Source: Octopus bimaculoides (lineage: Eukaryota). Taken from it: 64,000 nt of DNA. Shown here piece after piece: positions 1 through 13,739 of the stretch. Both the position numbers and the translations under genes were made by a program. Each line of letters opens with the position of its first letter. The stretch's first letter is position 1. Under the pieces are notes generated by a model. The model saw nothing but the letters and a program-made list of their open reading frames with translations, did not search any database and was not told the origin of the DNA. The stretch lies in NCBI RefSeq assembly GCF_001194135.2, contig NC_068992.1:10777833-10841832 (forward strand). The letters are read 5' to 3'.

Positions 1-3
1 AAC

Positions 4-45
<42 letters not shown>

Positions 46-1110
46 CAATACACATGTGCATGCATATACTCACGTGCCGAATTGTGCACAGATCAGTCCA
101 CTTATACATTTAGACAAATGGAGAGGAGAACGAGCCCTATGTTCGTACATTTATCCATACATATACACAGACAAACTCTATGGAGATGATGGAATTCCTG
201 AAGTAATCTAGGGGCATATACCCCCATACTACTGATGACAGAGGGTAGCAAAGCGGGATTTAAATGTCATGCTACAAGATGTATTCCCAAATAGAAAATT
301 ATTATGTATATATATGTAATATTTTGGACTAATGGCTATATGTCAATTAGTGTTTTGAAGTGTTGAGTAAAGCACTAGTACAGTTTGGGATACGTGGTAT
401 CATCTACAGTGTGGTATATTTCCATTGGATCTACATCAGGAATTCTGCAGTGTTAGTTGAGATAATAATTGTTTAAGTAAACGGAAGATAGATTTGGTAT
501 TGGTCTTTATTTTGTATAATGATCATTTTGACCCATCTTACTATTGTCCCTTATGGGTAGGATTCTATGCATCATGCTGTGTTGCATGAAAAGAAACGAT
601 GTAGGATTAAGAGGTGCTTTAGTCTTGTCTTGCTGAGAACATGACAACTCTGCTAATGCTGGTGCCACAATAAAATGCACATAATTCACTCTGTGAAGTG
701 GTTGGTGTAAAGAAGAATATAAAGCCGTAGAAAACAAACCAAAAATAGAAGATACAAATGAAATGTAGCTGTCTGATGTATCTAAAAGATCAGCCATTCT
801 GAAGAAAGACACAAACTTTACATGCCAGCATGTAAAGCAGATGCATAAATATAGCAACAGTATAATTGATTATATTCTGTCGAAGTTGATGGGTCAATGC
901 ATTGCTTCACGAGTTTCTCGCTTTCCTGCATTCATTCACAACGTTGCAAAATGTACAAAACTGAGTGTAGTAATAGAGTAAGTTATTAATTTGAATTAAT
1001 ATATAAGCTCTAGTTCAAATATTGTCATTTTTTTCTCACATTTCTGCACCAAAATACGCGAATATAAATGGATATGTATATATAGATATAGATATACATA
1101 CATACATATA

Positions 1111-1145
<35 letters not shown>

Positions 1146-1673
1146 NNNNNNNNNNNNNNNNNNNNNNNNNNNNNNNNNNNNNNNNNNNNNNNNNNNNNNN
1201 NNNNNNNNNNNNNNNNNNNNNNNNNNNNNNNNNNNNNNNNNNNNNNNNNNNNNNNNNNNNNNNNNNNNNNNNNNNNNNNNNNNNNNNNNNNNNNNNNNNN
1301 NNNNNNNNNNNNNNNNNNNNNNNNNNNNNNNNNNNNNNNNNNNNNNNNNNNNNNNNNNNNNNNNNNNNNNNNNNNNNNNNNNNNNNNNNNNNNNNNNNNN
1401 NNNNNNNNNNNNNNNNNNNNNNNNNNNNNNNNNNNNNNNNNNNNNNNNNNNNNNNNNNNNNNNNNNNNNNNNNNNNNNNNNNNNNNNNNNNNNNNNNNNN
1501 NNNNNNNNNNNNNNNNNNNNNNNNNNNNNNNNNNNNNNNNNNNNNNNNNNNNNNNNNNNNNNNNNNNNNNNNNNNNNNNNNNNNNNNNNNNNNNNNNNNN
1601 NNNNNNNNNNNNNNNNNNNNNNNNNNNNNNNNNNNNNNNNNNNNNNNNNNNNNNNNNNNNNNGTGTGAGTAAG

Positions 1674-1708
<35 letters not shown>

Positions 1709-1998
1709 GTACATATATATACATGCACATTTGCATTCATATACTTAACCTATACACTCATTTATTTATATATATATTCACATACTCAACATACTCATAT
1801 ATACATAGATGCAAACACTCACATACACACACGTATATAAACACACAAACACATACATGCATATACTCATGCATACATTCATACACATGTACACACTCAA
1901 TCACATGCCCACACACACCCATCAATATAGCTATGCATTTGTTCTATACATATATGTATATATATATTTGTATGTATTAGAATATGTATGTATGTATG

Positions 1999-2072
<74 letters not shown>

Positions 2073-2449
2073 TATATATAGATATATATATGTATATATA
2101 CATACATACACACACACACATATATATATATGTCTTTTTTTCTTCAATTCTGAAATATCTAAGTGTTCTGCTGACAGCTACCAACTGTTAACACCTGATT
2201 GGTAATCGTTAGTATCTATTGTGATTATTTTCACTGAAGATTTTACATAAATACATTAATAAAATAGCAAATATATGAAATATCACTGACTTTTTATACT
2301 CAAGTCAGCAGTCTTTACTGTTTATTTAACTTTTTACTTCTATTTTCACTTTTCCTATTTTTTTTTATCTCACTATTTTATTCAATTTAATCAGATTTTT
2401 GGCGGTGCTTTTCATTTCATACCTATTTCTCATTGCTGTCACATTCTGC

Positions 2450-2712
<263 letters not shown>

Positions 2713-3048
2713 TTTTTGTCTTTTGACTTTTTCTTTACTTTTTGTCTCTTCTTGTTTAATCATCTGCTTTCCTTTTTTTCTTGGAAAGTCTTTTGTTTAC
2801 CTCTTCCTTCTCTTCTTTCTCTTCCTCCTCCTCCTTTTTTTCCTCTTTTTCTTTATCTTTCTTCCATTGTCTTCTCCCCCTCTTCTGTTTCTTTCTGTTT
2901 TGTATTCATTAAAAATATTTAACTTTTTAAAGAATTTATGCTTAAGTATTAAAACGCTGATACCTACTTTTCTGTGAAATCTATCCACAGTTTTGAATGA
3001 CCTATGATGCTGTGACATTATCCTGTGAATTAGTTACTCAGAGAAAGC

Positions 3049-3084
<36 letters not shown>

Positions 3085-3243
3085 GCTAACCATGTATGTA
3101 TGTGTGTGATGTACATGTGTATATATATATATATGTATATATATGTGTGTGTGTTTATGTATGTGTATGTATAGGTGTATATGTGAATATAGATGGAGAT
3201 ATGTATGTGTATATATATATGTATATATATGTGTGTGTATATA

Positions 3244-3300
<57 letters not shown>

Positions 3301-4057
3301 GTGTGTGTGTGTGTATTTATGTATGAGTATGTATGTATATATATGCATGTATGAGTGTATTTGTGTGTCTTCATGTATTGTGCGTATGTGGACGTGTATA
3401 TGTATATACATTTATATATGACTGTATGCACATATATCTTTGTGTGTGTGAATGTATACACCCATTACTAACAAAGATTATGTCGACAATCAGTCATTGG
3501 GTCTTCATATGAATAAAAGGTACAGTTGATATTTCCGAAAGACGAAAGTTCCTGTCTTTCAAATCTTAAGCATTAAACCTAAGTTGCCACAGTGGTTGTG
3601 ACAGTAATGCTTTTAAATTAGTTTCTCCATGCTGGGATGGGCTAATGTTAACAGCTATGAAACCTGTCATCGTGTGTTCCTCTTTCCTACTTTATTCTTT
3701 GAGATCTTCATCTTAAGTTCGGCATTGTGTTTCCTTCTTTGAAAAATCTCTCTCATTTTACCCCACAGCTATCATTATTCTCTTCGTACATATATATCAC
3801 CTAACATCTCTGCTGGAGCTATTTTTTTTGCTTTGTTACTTTTTGTCATGTGTTTCTTTCTTTCTTTCTTTCTTTCTTTCTTTTTTGCAAGTGTTTTGTT
3901 ATTGTTTTGTTTGAATGCTTTTGATGTACAAGAATTTGTCTTTGTTCATTCCTAGGTATTCTATCATCTCAACTCGCATTGCCACACATCCTTTGTAATT
4001 ATTCACACCTGAACTATAAGTAAATGTTAGAGATACAATACGTCACTGCTGCAACTG

Positions 4058-4095
<38 letters not shown>

Positions 4096-4576
4096 GTTGC
4101 TACTGTTGCTGCTACAACATTCTGTGCATTAGACAACAGCTGGCATCACTTACTTAACTTTTTGACTTAAATTCAAAGAATTCTGAAATAAAACAATCCA
4201 ACAATTAAACTCACAAAAGAATTCCAGTTGAACAATGGTAAAAATGAAACAAAAGAAGTCCACCTGAGGAAGGTGGAAAAAAAAACAAAGAACAAAACAG
4301 AACCAGATAAACAAAAATGAAAAAAAAAAAAGATATTGCCAAGGTACAATTCAGTTTTTAGTTGTTTTCCTCTTTTTATTTACAAAAATGATATTTATTT
4401 ATTTATATTTTTGTTGTTGTTGTTGTTGTTGTCATTCTTGGCATTGATATTTCAGATTCTTTTATTGGAACAAGTACATAGATAAATATTGAAAAGTCTT
4501 GATTTCTCTCGGCACACTTCTGCCAAGAAAAGGAAGAAGAAAGGAAAAAAACATGGTAAAATAAACATAAAATAAC

Positions 4577-5253
4577 AATAATAATGGTTTCAAAATTTGG
4601 TACAAGGCCAGCAATTTCGGGGGAGGGGGATAAATCAGTTACATCGACCCCAGTACCCAACTGGTACCTATTTTATCAATCCTGATAGGACAAAATGTTA
4701 AGTCATCCTTGGCAGAATTTTTTTAACTCAGAATGAAAAGACAGATGAAATGCTTCTAAGTATTTTGTCCAACACAGTAACGATTCTGTCCGCTTGCCAC
4801 GTTGATAATGATAATTATAAAGAATTCAAATTTTGGCATCAGGCCAGCAAGTTTGGTGGGGAGGGGGTTACTTGATTACATGGATCCCAGTGCTCACCTA
4901 GAACTAAATTTATCGAACCTTAAAGGATGAAAGGCAAAATCGACCTCATCAGAATTTGAACTTGGAAACGCCACTAAGCATTTTCCCCACCTCAGTAACA
5001 ATTCTACCAGCATGCAACCTGCAATAATAATGATAATGGTTTAGACTTTTTGGTACAAGACCAGCAACTTCGGGGGGAGGGGATAAGTTAATTACATCAA
5101 CTCCAGCATTCAATCAGTTCTTACTTTATTGACCCTCAAAGGATGGAATGCAAATGTTGACCTTGCCAGATTTTGAACCTAGAACATAAAGACGGATGAA
5201 TTATCACTAAGCAGCTTTCTCAGTGTGGTAACAATTCTGCCAGCTCACCACCT
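4577..5253 (-). mobile_element. Three head-to-tail copies of the same-core SINE separated by (AAT)-like spacers
   Basis: Units at ~4577-4801, ~4825-5021 and ~5037-5253, each beginning TTTTGG(T/C)A(C/T)(A/C)AG(G/A)CCAGCAA on the + strand. Confidence 0.85.
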
Positions 5254-5282
5254 TATTAATAATAATAATAATGATAATAATG

Positions 5283-5735
5283 AGGGAGAAAATGTGGCTC
5301 TGGGACTTCCCCGTACATACCAACAAAACTATAAAAACTAATAAACCGGATATTATTATAAAAGATCAGACAAAAAAGATGTGTTTATTAATTGACATGA
5401 GTATTCCCTGCGATCATGATATAGCAGTGAAAGAATTTGACAAGATCGGTAAATATAAAGACTTGCTAATAGAAATTGAAAAAATGTGGCACCTCAAGGC
5501 GACTATCGTACCAGTGATTATAGGATCTCTAGGAATGATTAAAAACAAGGTACTGAAACCTATTTGAAAATGATACCAAGCTTACCATCCNNNNNNNNNN
5601 ATCTCTAGGAATGATTAAAAACAAGGTACTGAAACCTATTTGAAAATGATACCAAGCTTACCATCCCTACAGGAAGTGCAAAAAATTGTGTTAACTGGAA
5701 TGACTCACGTACTGAGAAGAGCATTATCGATGTGA
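5283..5735 (+). mobile_element. 5'-truncated non-LTR retrotransposon 3' end with restriction-like endonuclease domain (R4/Dong/NeSL-like)
   Basis: ORF 5271-5567: KPDIIIKD..LLIDMSIP..KEFDKIGKYKDLLIEIEKMW..IVPVIIGSLG, continuing ..LQEVQKIVLTGMTHVLRRALSM* (stop 5733-35); preceded by (AAT)n. Confidence 0.9.
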
Positions 5736-8504
5736 AAACAACATCCATTCATGAATTTATTTAATTATTAAATTTTTTACATACATATTTTACCTGTGAA
5801 TTTGCGTGTGTAAACTGGGACTGCATACAATATTATTTAATTATATAGTCAAATTCTTCTGTGATCGACTTTGATTTTCATTCTTCTGGTCTCGAGGAAA
5901 TAAGTACCACTTGAGCACTGGAGTCAATTTAATTGATTTGGCCCCAAAATCGCTGGCCTTCTGGCAGAATTTGAAACCTTTATTTAATTATATAATGTCA
6001 TCTAAATTACATGACACACAACCTGTGTTTAGAACTCCATGTGCATTCTTATAAATCAAAAGAGGAAACTACAAAGAGAACTCACATTATAGTCCAAGCT
6101 TGCTTTCACTGGTCTCCATAGTTTGAAAGATCACAGATGTCTTTTATAGATCCTTAAAAGTTTATTTTTGTGTGTTACCCCATCACTAAAGATTTGATTA
6201 TGCAATCTGCTTATAAGGATTTTCCTTATAAACAGCCATTATCATTAATGAAAGACATGTAAAATGATGTAACTGACTCATGAATAAACTCTTGTCTTTT
6301 TATATATGTGTATGTATATATGTGTGTGTGTGTGTGGGGGGGGTCTGTGTGTGTGCTTATGTTTGGGCTTCTTTAAAAATCACTGAGCAGTAATGTCGTT
6401 CTTAGTCTGCCTGTCAATGCGTCAACTACTGGCTTTGTGCTTTTGGAGATGTTTGGGAAAATAGATCCTTTACTTGAAACAGAGGCAAGGATTAGTGACC
6501 ATAAGTGCCTTTATGGTCATAAACATGATGCTTTGATAATATATTCATCAAATTCATGCTAGCCAGGTAAAATGGATGTAAAAGGAATGAATGAAGAAAT
6601 AAATGGAAGTTTTCTTGGATTTTATATCTACTGAAAAAAAATATGCAAATCGTTTAACATGAAAAGAATAAAATTATAAATAAAAAAAACTTGGATGTTT
6701 TACAAATTTAAAGGAAATATTTTCCAGAAGTAAAATCACCTCATCAAAGAATTAGCAGCTTTGTTCCTTAGAGGAACATAGCATAGCTAAGTAGATACAT
6801 ATGTAATTCCTTGTAGAAAGGGCCATAAGCTCAGTCAGGACTTCTCTACTCCTTGTGCAATGATTAATGTATCTGCTTTACATTGTTGAACGGTTGATGA
6901 AAGAAAAATTGATTTTATCTTACAACATATTTATATACTTCTAGATTGGGGAAATGACTTTACTGTAAAATTGTTATATAAGCTTCTTGATATAGCTCTC
7001 CGGAAATTAAAGGTTTGCTCTTTAGGACCATTTTGGAAATGGGCTATTATCTTCAGAAACAAAGAGTGGTTTATTTTTCTTTGATGTATTAATTATTTAT
7101 CCTAGACAAGACGTCAGACAGTAATCAGTAGTGAGGCTTCTCTTTCACAAACCTACAGCCCGAGTTTGCAGTACCAGTCAAGGGCTCCAGTTATTATGGG
7201 TCAAATAGCAAAATATGTTTCTGTGGCCAAGGCATGTAGAACTTGAAAGAGAACTGGCTCCCTAGACATGTGTCATGCAGGCCAACTGATGTGTGGATCA
7301 TGCTATACTATAATATGAACACCAGTCTCTCTGTCTAAGAGTTAGATAAACCCTGTGTCCCAAGGGAAAGCAGGAAACTAGCAGAGCGAACTGTAAATAA
7401 ACTACCAGTAGGCAATGAAACTCTCAGACTTTGGCATGAAGCTCCATTATTGCTAATGTCTGTTGGCAAGACATATGATGAGAGAGAGAGAGAGGAGACT
7501 GCATCAATTATATTGACTTCTCATGCTGATACACATATACACACACTCAGAACACATACGCAGACATAAAAACATATACACATACATATAGATACATGTA
7601 TAAATCTGGTTAAGTACTGTATAATTTCCATCTATAAAATTTCCCTTCCAAGCCTTTCATTGACTTGGGAATCTGGCAGAAGGATTTGTCCAAATAAAAC
7701 ACTCATAATTGCACAGAAATAAAAAAAAAAGTAAAATAAAATACAATAATTAAAGCAAGATATAAGATATAATTAAAATGAATTAAACATAGTAGATTAC
7801 TGACGATTATGTATCAGGGTCTCCTCGACCTTCAATTAACAATTTCTCAATTTATGTATGAGCGTAGCCAAATGCACCAGAAAACATTTTAGTGTTGGAG
7901 ACTCCAACATCTTTGGTCTATTACCTTTTATGTTGTCATATATTAGTTTTAGTTTTGCTAATAGGCTATATTTTGCATGCTGTTTATATTCAGAATATAA
8001 CTGTTCAGCTTATGTTCATTTTATATTTAAGCTAAATTTGCTTTAACACAACTACTGCATGAATGAATTATAGTGTTTGATCTCTGTAATAACAGTTAAT
8101 GTTGCGGTTGTTACTACCACTGCTGCCTTCAAAACTACTCATTTGAGTGTCTGGAGTAATTTTTTCCATTAATTGTTTACTAAATTGTTCAGTATCCCCT
8201 TATTATACATTTATTCATGTATTTTGGTTTTACATTTATATTTTTATTTTAGTTTTCACTGATATTGCAAAGCTCTCATAGAATAACTATGGTAGCAATT
8301 TTGGACGTGAAAAAGTTTTCAAGGTTTGTAAAGCAAATATGTTTTTGTTGCTGTTCTCTACCCCCAGGTAGTGAGGGCAGGCTTTTCTTAGTTAATTAGA
8401 GTTCTTTCTCATAAGTACTTCAAAGAAAACTTTATTTGTTAATACTTGAATAAATTCTAACTTAAAAAAAGAAGAAAAGTGTTGTCTTGACACTACAAGA
8501 GTCA

Positions 8505-8568
<64 letters not shown>

Positions 8569-8623
8569 TTATTATTATTATTATCATTATTATTATTATT
8601 ATCATTATTATTATTATTATTAT
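8505..8623. repeat. Inverted trinucleotide pair: (AAT)n followed by (ATT)n
   Basis: (AAT)n 8505-8566, C, then (ATT)n 8568-8623 with two ATC interruptions. Confidence 0.95.
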
Positions 8624-8905
8624 TTTTGATTATGAGGACGATGATGATGATGATGGTGGTGATGATGGATACCCCTCTCTTAACTCTTAATAACAAACTT
8701 TTGCTAACTATTGGACTTATTCCACAATTTGTATTTTCTTTGCAAAGCTGTTCCACTTTAAGTTTCCTAATTTCTGGCTTTATTGTCGGTTCTTCTTATA
8801 GATTCTTGGTTTTGCAACCATTGCATTGTGTAGTATATAGCCGTGTATTTGCTTCCAGTACACCTGTATATCATGCTGCCATCTATAACAAATACGACTA
8901 ATGCT

Positions 8906-9005
<100 letters not shown>

Positions 9006-9022
9006 GCATACATATATACATT

Positions 9023-9068
<46 letters not shown>

Positions 9069-9929
9069 CATATATGTAGATATATGTATATATATATATA
9101 TATATATATTTATACATACATATATATATATATATATAAACATATATCTATATATATATATGCATGTGTGTGTGTGTGTGTGTATGCACACACACACACA
9201 CACATACTCACACACGAATGTATATATATATATATATATATATATAAACACTGTGTATGTATTCAGGAATTTTTCTGTATTGAGGAAAACTTTGATTACA
9301 AAATAAGACAGGAAACTTCGGCTGATGTCTCTCCAACTCTTCTATGTTGCCTCATGACCATTCTACCTTTGTAATTCAAACCATGGCAGCGCTGACTATA
9401 AATATTTTGACTTGCTGCAACATTTCAATACTTTATTTCTCCCTCTAAATCTGAGATTGTTGGAAGTTATTGTAACTGTTTATTGATCATATAAAATAAT
9501 AATGCAACAGCATAACAACTCTAACAAACAAGTATGTACATCCTGGGAGCTTCTGGAAAATTCTAGAAACAATTTGTATTTTGTTTTTTTCCTTGTTTTT
9601 TTTTCTATTTTCGTTGTCATTGTTAAAAGCTGGTGATGACTGAGTTAGTTGATAAGGTGTCTGGATACCAGATGTTAAAAAGAAAAAGTTTCTTTGTACA
9701 TGTTGTCTCAGACAAAACATGAAATTGTGTTTATGAGACACTTATCTCTTTACGTGGCTTTGTCCCTCAAAACCTTAAATAAATGCCACATGGTTGAGAC
9801 AGTTAAATACATAATGGTCAGTGTTCCAAGCTGAATATTTTATTTAAATTGTAAAAAAAAAAAAAGAAAAAACAGAAAAGAAAAACGATGTCTTCATGCT
9901 ACAATAGTCAAATAGAATAAAAAAATAAT

Positions 9930-10290
9930 TCTTTCCATTATTGGCACAGGACCTTATATTTTGGTTGACTTTGGCTGAATTTGAACTCAGAATGTAAAGA
10001 TGGATGAAATGCAGCTAAGTATTTTGCCTGGCAAGCTAACGATTGTGCCAGCTCACTGCCTTAACAACAACAACAACAACAACAGTAATAATAGTAAAAA
10101 TGAGTTTCAAATTTTGGTACAATAACAGCAATTTTCAGGAGAGAGGGTTAGTCAGTACCACTGGCCCTAGTACGTGACTCCAAAAAGAACAAAATGCATA
10201 GCTGGCCTTGGCAAGATTTGAACCAGAACAAATGCCACTAGACATCTTGTCCAATGTATTTACAATTCTGCCAGCTTGCAGCTTTGCTTA
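9930..10290 (-). mobile_element. Tandem pair of the same-core SINE separated by (AAC)n
   Basis: TTGGCACAGG..GAATTTGAACTCAGAATGTAAAGA..GCCAGCTCACTGCC, (AAC)n, then TTTCAAATTTTGGTACAA..GCCAGCTTGCAGC. Confidence 0.78.
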
Positions 10291-11400
10291 ATAATAATTT
10301 ATGAAGATAATGCTGCTGCTGATGATGATGGTGATGGTGTTGATGATGATGGAAATAACAGATGAATATGATGTTGGTGATGAGGAAAAGGAGGGTGAGG
10401 ATGAGGAAGATGACAATAATTGTCATAAATTAAGAAAACAAATGTAAATAAGATTGCCAAACAAAAATAAAAAAATCAGAAACCGTGAATTGATAAATTT
10501 TCGTTTTTTTTTTTAAACCAATTTCTATCAATATAAGAATATCTTTATTATGTTAACTACTTCATCTATCATTGAAAGTCAATTATTCATTAGCGACTTT
10601 GTAATTATTGTTATTATTCACATTCTGATTGAAAGTTATTAGCTTTGCATTTTTACCTGATAACCAAATTTAGTAACATGATAAACTTCACATCTTTTGA
10701 TTTTCCATATTAGTTAAACATTTGCATTTGAAAATCTTTGCTATGGTTACTTGGCAAGTGATAAATCTAGTTAATTACAAGTGGAATATCAGTGTTCTGT
10801 TTTAGACAGTTTGAAGCAATTATAATACATAGGTTATCTGTAAATTATAATCAAAATATCATAAGAAAAATATATAATGATTTGTCGTAACAGACATATT
10901 AATATGGCTGTAAATTGGTAAGAACGATTGAATGACAGCATAATTATATAAGATTCTTGATAAAGCTCTCTATTGCTTGAAGGTGTAGTCTTAATGTTTT
11001 ATTTCAGAATGCACTCTTATCTTGAGAAGCACAATTAATATTGTATTGACATATAATATAGTTTTATATATATGTGTATGTATGTGTGTTTGTGTGTGTG
11101 TGGTGGGGAGTGTATATATCATCACTTATCATCATCATCATCATTTGATGATAAATGATGATGATACACACACACACACAATGCGTGCACACACACACAC
11201 ACACACATCTATTGAATAAGACACAGAAAACAGACTACACAACACCTTTACTTGATACGTGGTTTAGCCCCAAACAGCTGAGTTCTTCTTTACTACATTG
11301 GTATGAAGAAGCAGTACCTAGATTTCCCCCTCAAACATGTACCTGTGCCTATTACGTATTGATACCTTGAACCCATGCTTTGCAGTCCCTTTATTCGATA

Positions 11401-11637
11401 TACAGGGTTAGTCAAAAATAGCACCCATTTTTCTGGGAAGTCATGCTTTGTTGTTTTCTAGGTTATTACTGACAGATTTGAAAGTTATTTAATCTGGATT
11501 ATGTTTGTTTCGTTTTCTTAACACTATTTGATACCACAACCCATAAAACAAGAATTATGAGTCAAAGGTATCTCTTGACTGGGGAGTCATGTATATCAAC
11601 CCTAAAACAGGAATTGGGTGCTATTTTTGACTGTGCT

Positions 11638-11640
<3 letters not shown>
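11401..11640. mobile_element. Tc1/mariner-type MITE remnant
   Basis: Perfect 17-bp inverted repeat AGTCAAAAATAGCACCC (11410-26) / GGGTGCTATTTTTGACT (11616-32); left end TA-CAGGG. Confidence 0.68.
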
Positions 11641-11709
<69 letters not shown>

Positions 11710-11719
11710 TGTGTGTGTG
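11640..11719. repeat. (TG)n microsatellite
   Basis: Direct reading. Confidence 0.97.
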
Positions 11720-12033
11720 CTTTTATGATTTAGTTTAATCCACCTTCAGAATGAACTACAGGTAAATCAAACAATGATGAACTCATTAACTGGATAACGA
11801 AAATCCCTGTATGCTGAGTTAGTGGGGGTTGAACACATAATTGTAAGATTGTGGTTTCAATTCCTAAACCAGGTAATGCACATCTTAAACTACCTCTGAC
11901 GAGATTCAACTTTCAAATTATTTTTTATTTTATCAATTAATTTTTCTGAAACTAACTACTGTAAGGGATATATGTCAATTTTTTAATTAATAAATAATAA
12001 TTTATTAATTATCTCCCTATTTTCTTATCTTAT

Positions 12034-12064
<31 letters not shown>

Positions 12065-13139
12065 TCGCAATCACACACACACACACACACACAAACACAT
12101 ATTTCTTTTTTGCTTTCCATTGCAAATTTTTAAAGTTCAAGTTAGCATTTTTGGTTAAAACATTTCTTTGTATTAAGATGAAACATTTCTGTGTTATTTT
12201 TTAGTATTATATTGTTATTTTTTAAAATTTTATTTTCTTAACTAAACTCATTATCCAAATATTTTTAAATCACAGATAATGTGTTAAAATTAATCTCATA
12301 TATGTAATTAAAAAACAAGAGTAAAAAACACTTAAAAAACTTTTTAAAACAAAATAATTAATTTCTTTAAACTTTGCAATATCTGATAAAGTATTTTCTA
12401 TTTACAGTCAGAATATTTAAAAAAAAATAAAAGCTAATGAAGAAATTGAGTGCAATATGTAGAAATGGCTCTGGCTTTTTTTTAAATACTTATGGATTAT
12501 AATACATTATCAATTTTGCTTAAATTACTATTACATACTATGTTAAATCTCTGAACGAGGTATTACATACTGTTTTTTAGATATATAAAACACTAAATTT
12601 ATGATATTAAGTTGTTAACATGTAAACTTGCAGGCAATTGGTCTTTTCACTAAAATTGAAAGTAAATAACTTCTTGAGTATCTTAATCTAAAAATATAAA
12701 TTATAAAAGAGCGTCTCTTACTATTTTAGTTTTGAAATTCTAACATTAGCAACAATTTTAAAGTTTTTATTTCTTCATGTTCTGTACTTTTCCAGGCTTA
12801 ATTACTGTTTGTTCTGTACTCTTCCAGGTTTAGTACTTTAAAATATTGTAGCACTCTGCAACAACATTTTTCATTCTTGTCTACTGTTTTTTTTTTCAGG
12901 CAAAACTTCTATTATCATAATTAATTCTGTATACCTTTATATTTTCCATTCTAGTAATACTAAAAATAAAACAAAAATGTTTGAGCTTAAAATGAAAAAA
13001 AATTTTTAATCAAATATATTAACTTAAATTTTAAAGCTTTCAATAAAAAGCAAAAAAAAAAATTAAAATTGTAAACAAAAAAGGGCACATAATATTTGAT
13101 AAACAATTCCAGAAATATATTTTAAGGAAAGATTTCCTG

Positions 13140-13720
13140 AACACCTTCAGCTTCATTTTTCTCAGCTTTTCTTTAGTAGCTAGTCAGATATCTGGTCAGT
13201 ATCATTCTGTTTTCTCCAATATGCTAACAGTCAACATTTGCCTGCCATATTAAAAGCAGTAAACGATTATGATCTTCGATTAATTTCCAAATGATTTTCT
13301 TTAAAGCTGATGAAGCCGTTTAACACCTTTTCCATTTCATCTTAATTTGACACTTTCAACAACAATGAAGAAATTGAATCTTTTTTCAGCCTTAGGAAAG
13401 CCAAATCAACATTTTTTTTTATCACATCTTTTCCTTTCCCACAAATTCTTAAGCAAGTTTGCTACATGAATGCATTTTAAAATTACCAACCAAATTGTAA
13501 AGAGTGAGGTTGGATACTTAACATGGCAAACTGCAAGTAATATACGGTTCTATAATTTTTGGAATTTTTCCTGGAGAATCTTTGTCATAAAAAGGTCCTT
13601 GATCCACCCAGATTTTCATATGAACATGAGGAGCCCCTCTNNNNNNNNNNATTGGATTGTTTTTTTTTTTTTGTCAAAAACACTTCATTCATTACAGCTT
13701 GTAATCAATGATAAATATAT
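13140..13720 (-). mobile_element. Degenerate Helitron (Helitron2/Helentron-like) Rep/HUH endonuclease fragment
   Basis: Manual minus-strand translation: RGAPHVHMKIW (13620-13640 encodes RGAPHVH), ITCSLPC, KMHSCSK, FGFPK, then DHNRLLLLIWQANVDC*HIGE and YLTSY (13176-13190); stops and frameshifts; 10-N gap at 13641-13650. Confidence 0.82.
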
Positions 13721-13739
13721 CCACTAACAGCTGCTGATA

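Noticed and set aside
225-270. Other CTGATGA/CTGAAGA hammerhead-like seeds (e.g. 233, 45640, 50765, and 31788 on the minus strand)
   Set aside because: None has a stem II followed by GAAA and a cleavage triplet.
5525-5666. 66-bp tandem duplication within the LINE fragment
   Set aside because: Identical copies flank a 10-N gap, typical of an unmerged contig overlap; the same pattern occurs around 33039-33052.
9267-9374. Possible terminal exons after TTCAG acceptors (9267 [12 protein letters not shown].., ~11008, ~16240, ~22465)
   Set aside because: An acceptor plus a short ORF alone is expected by chance in 64 kb; no recognisable homology or consistent gene model.
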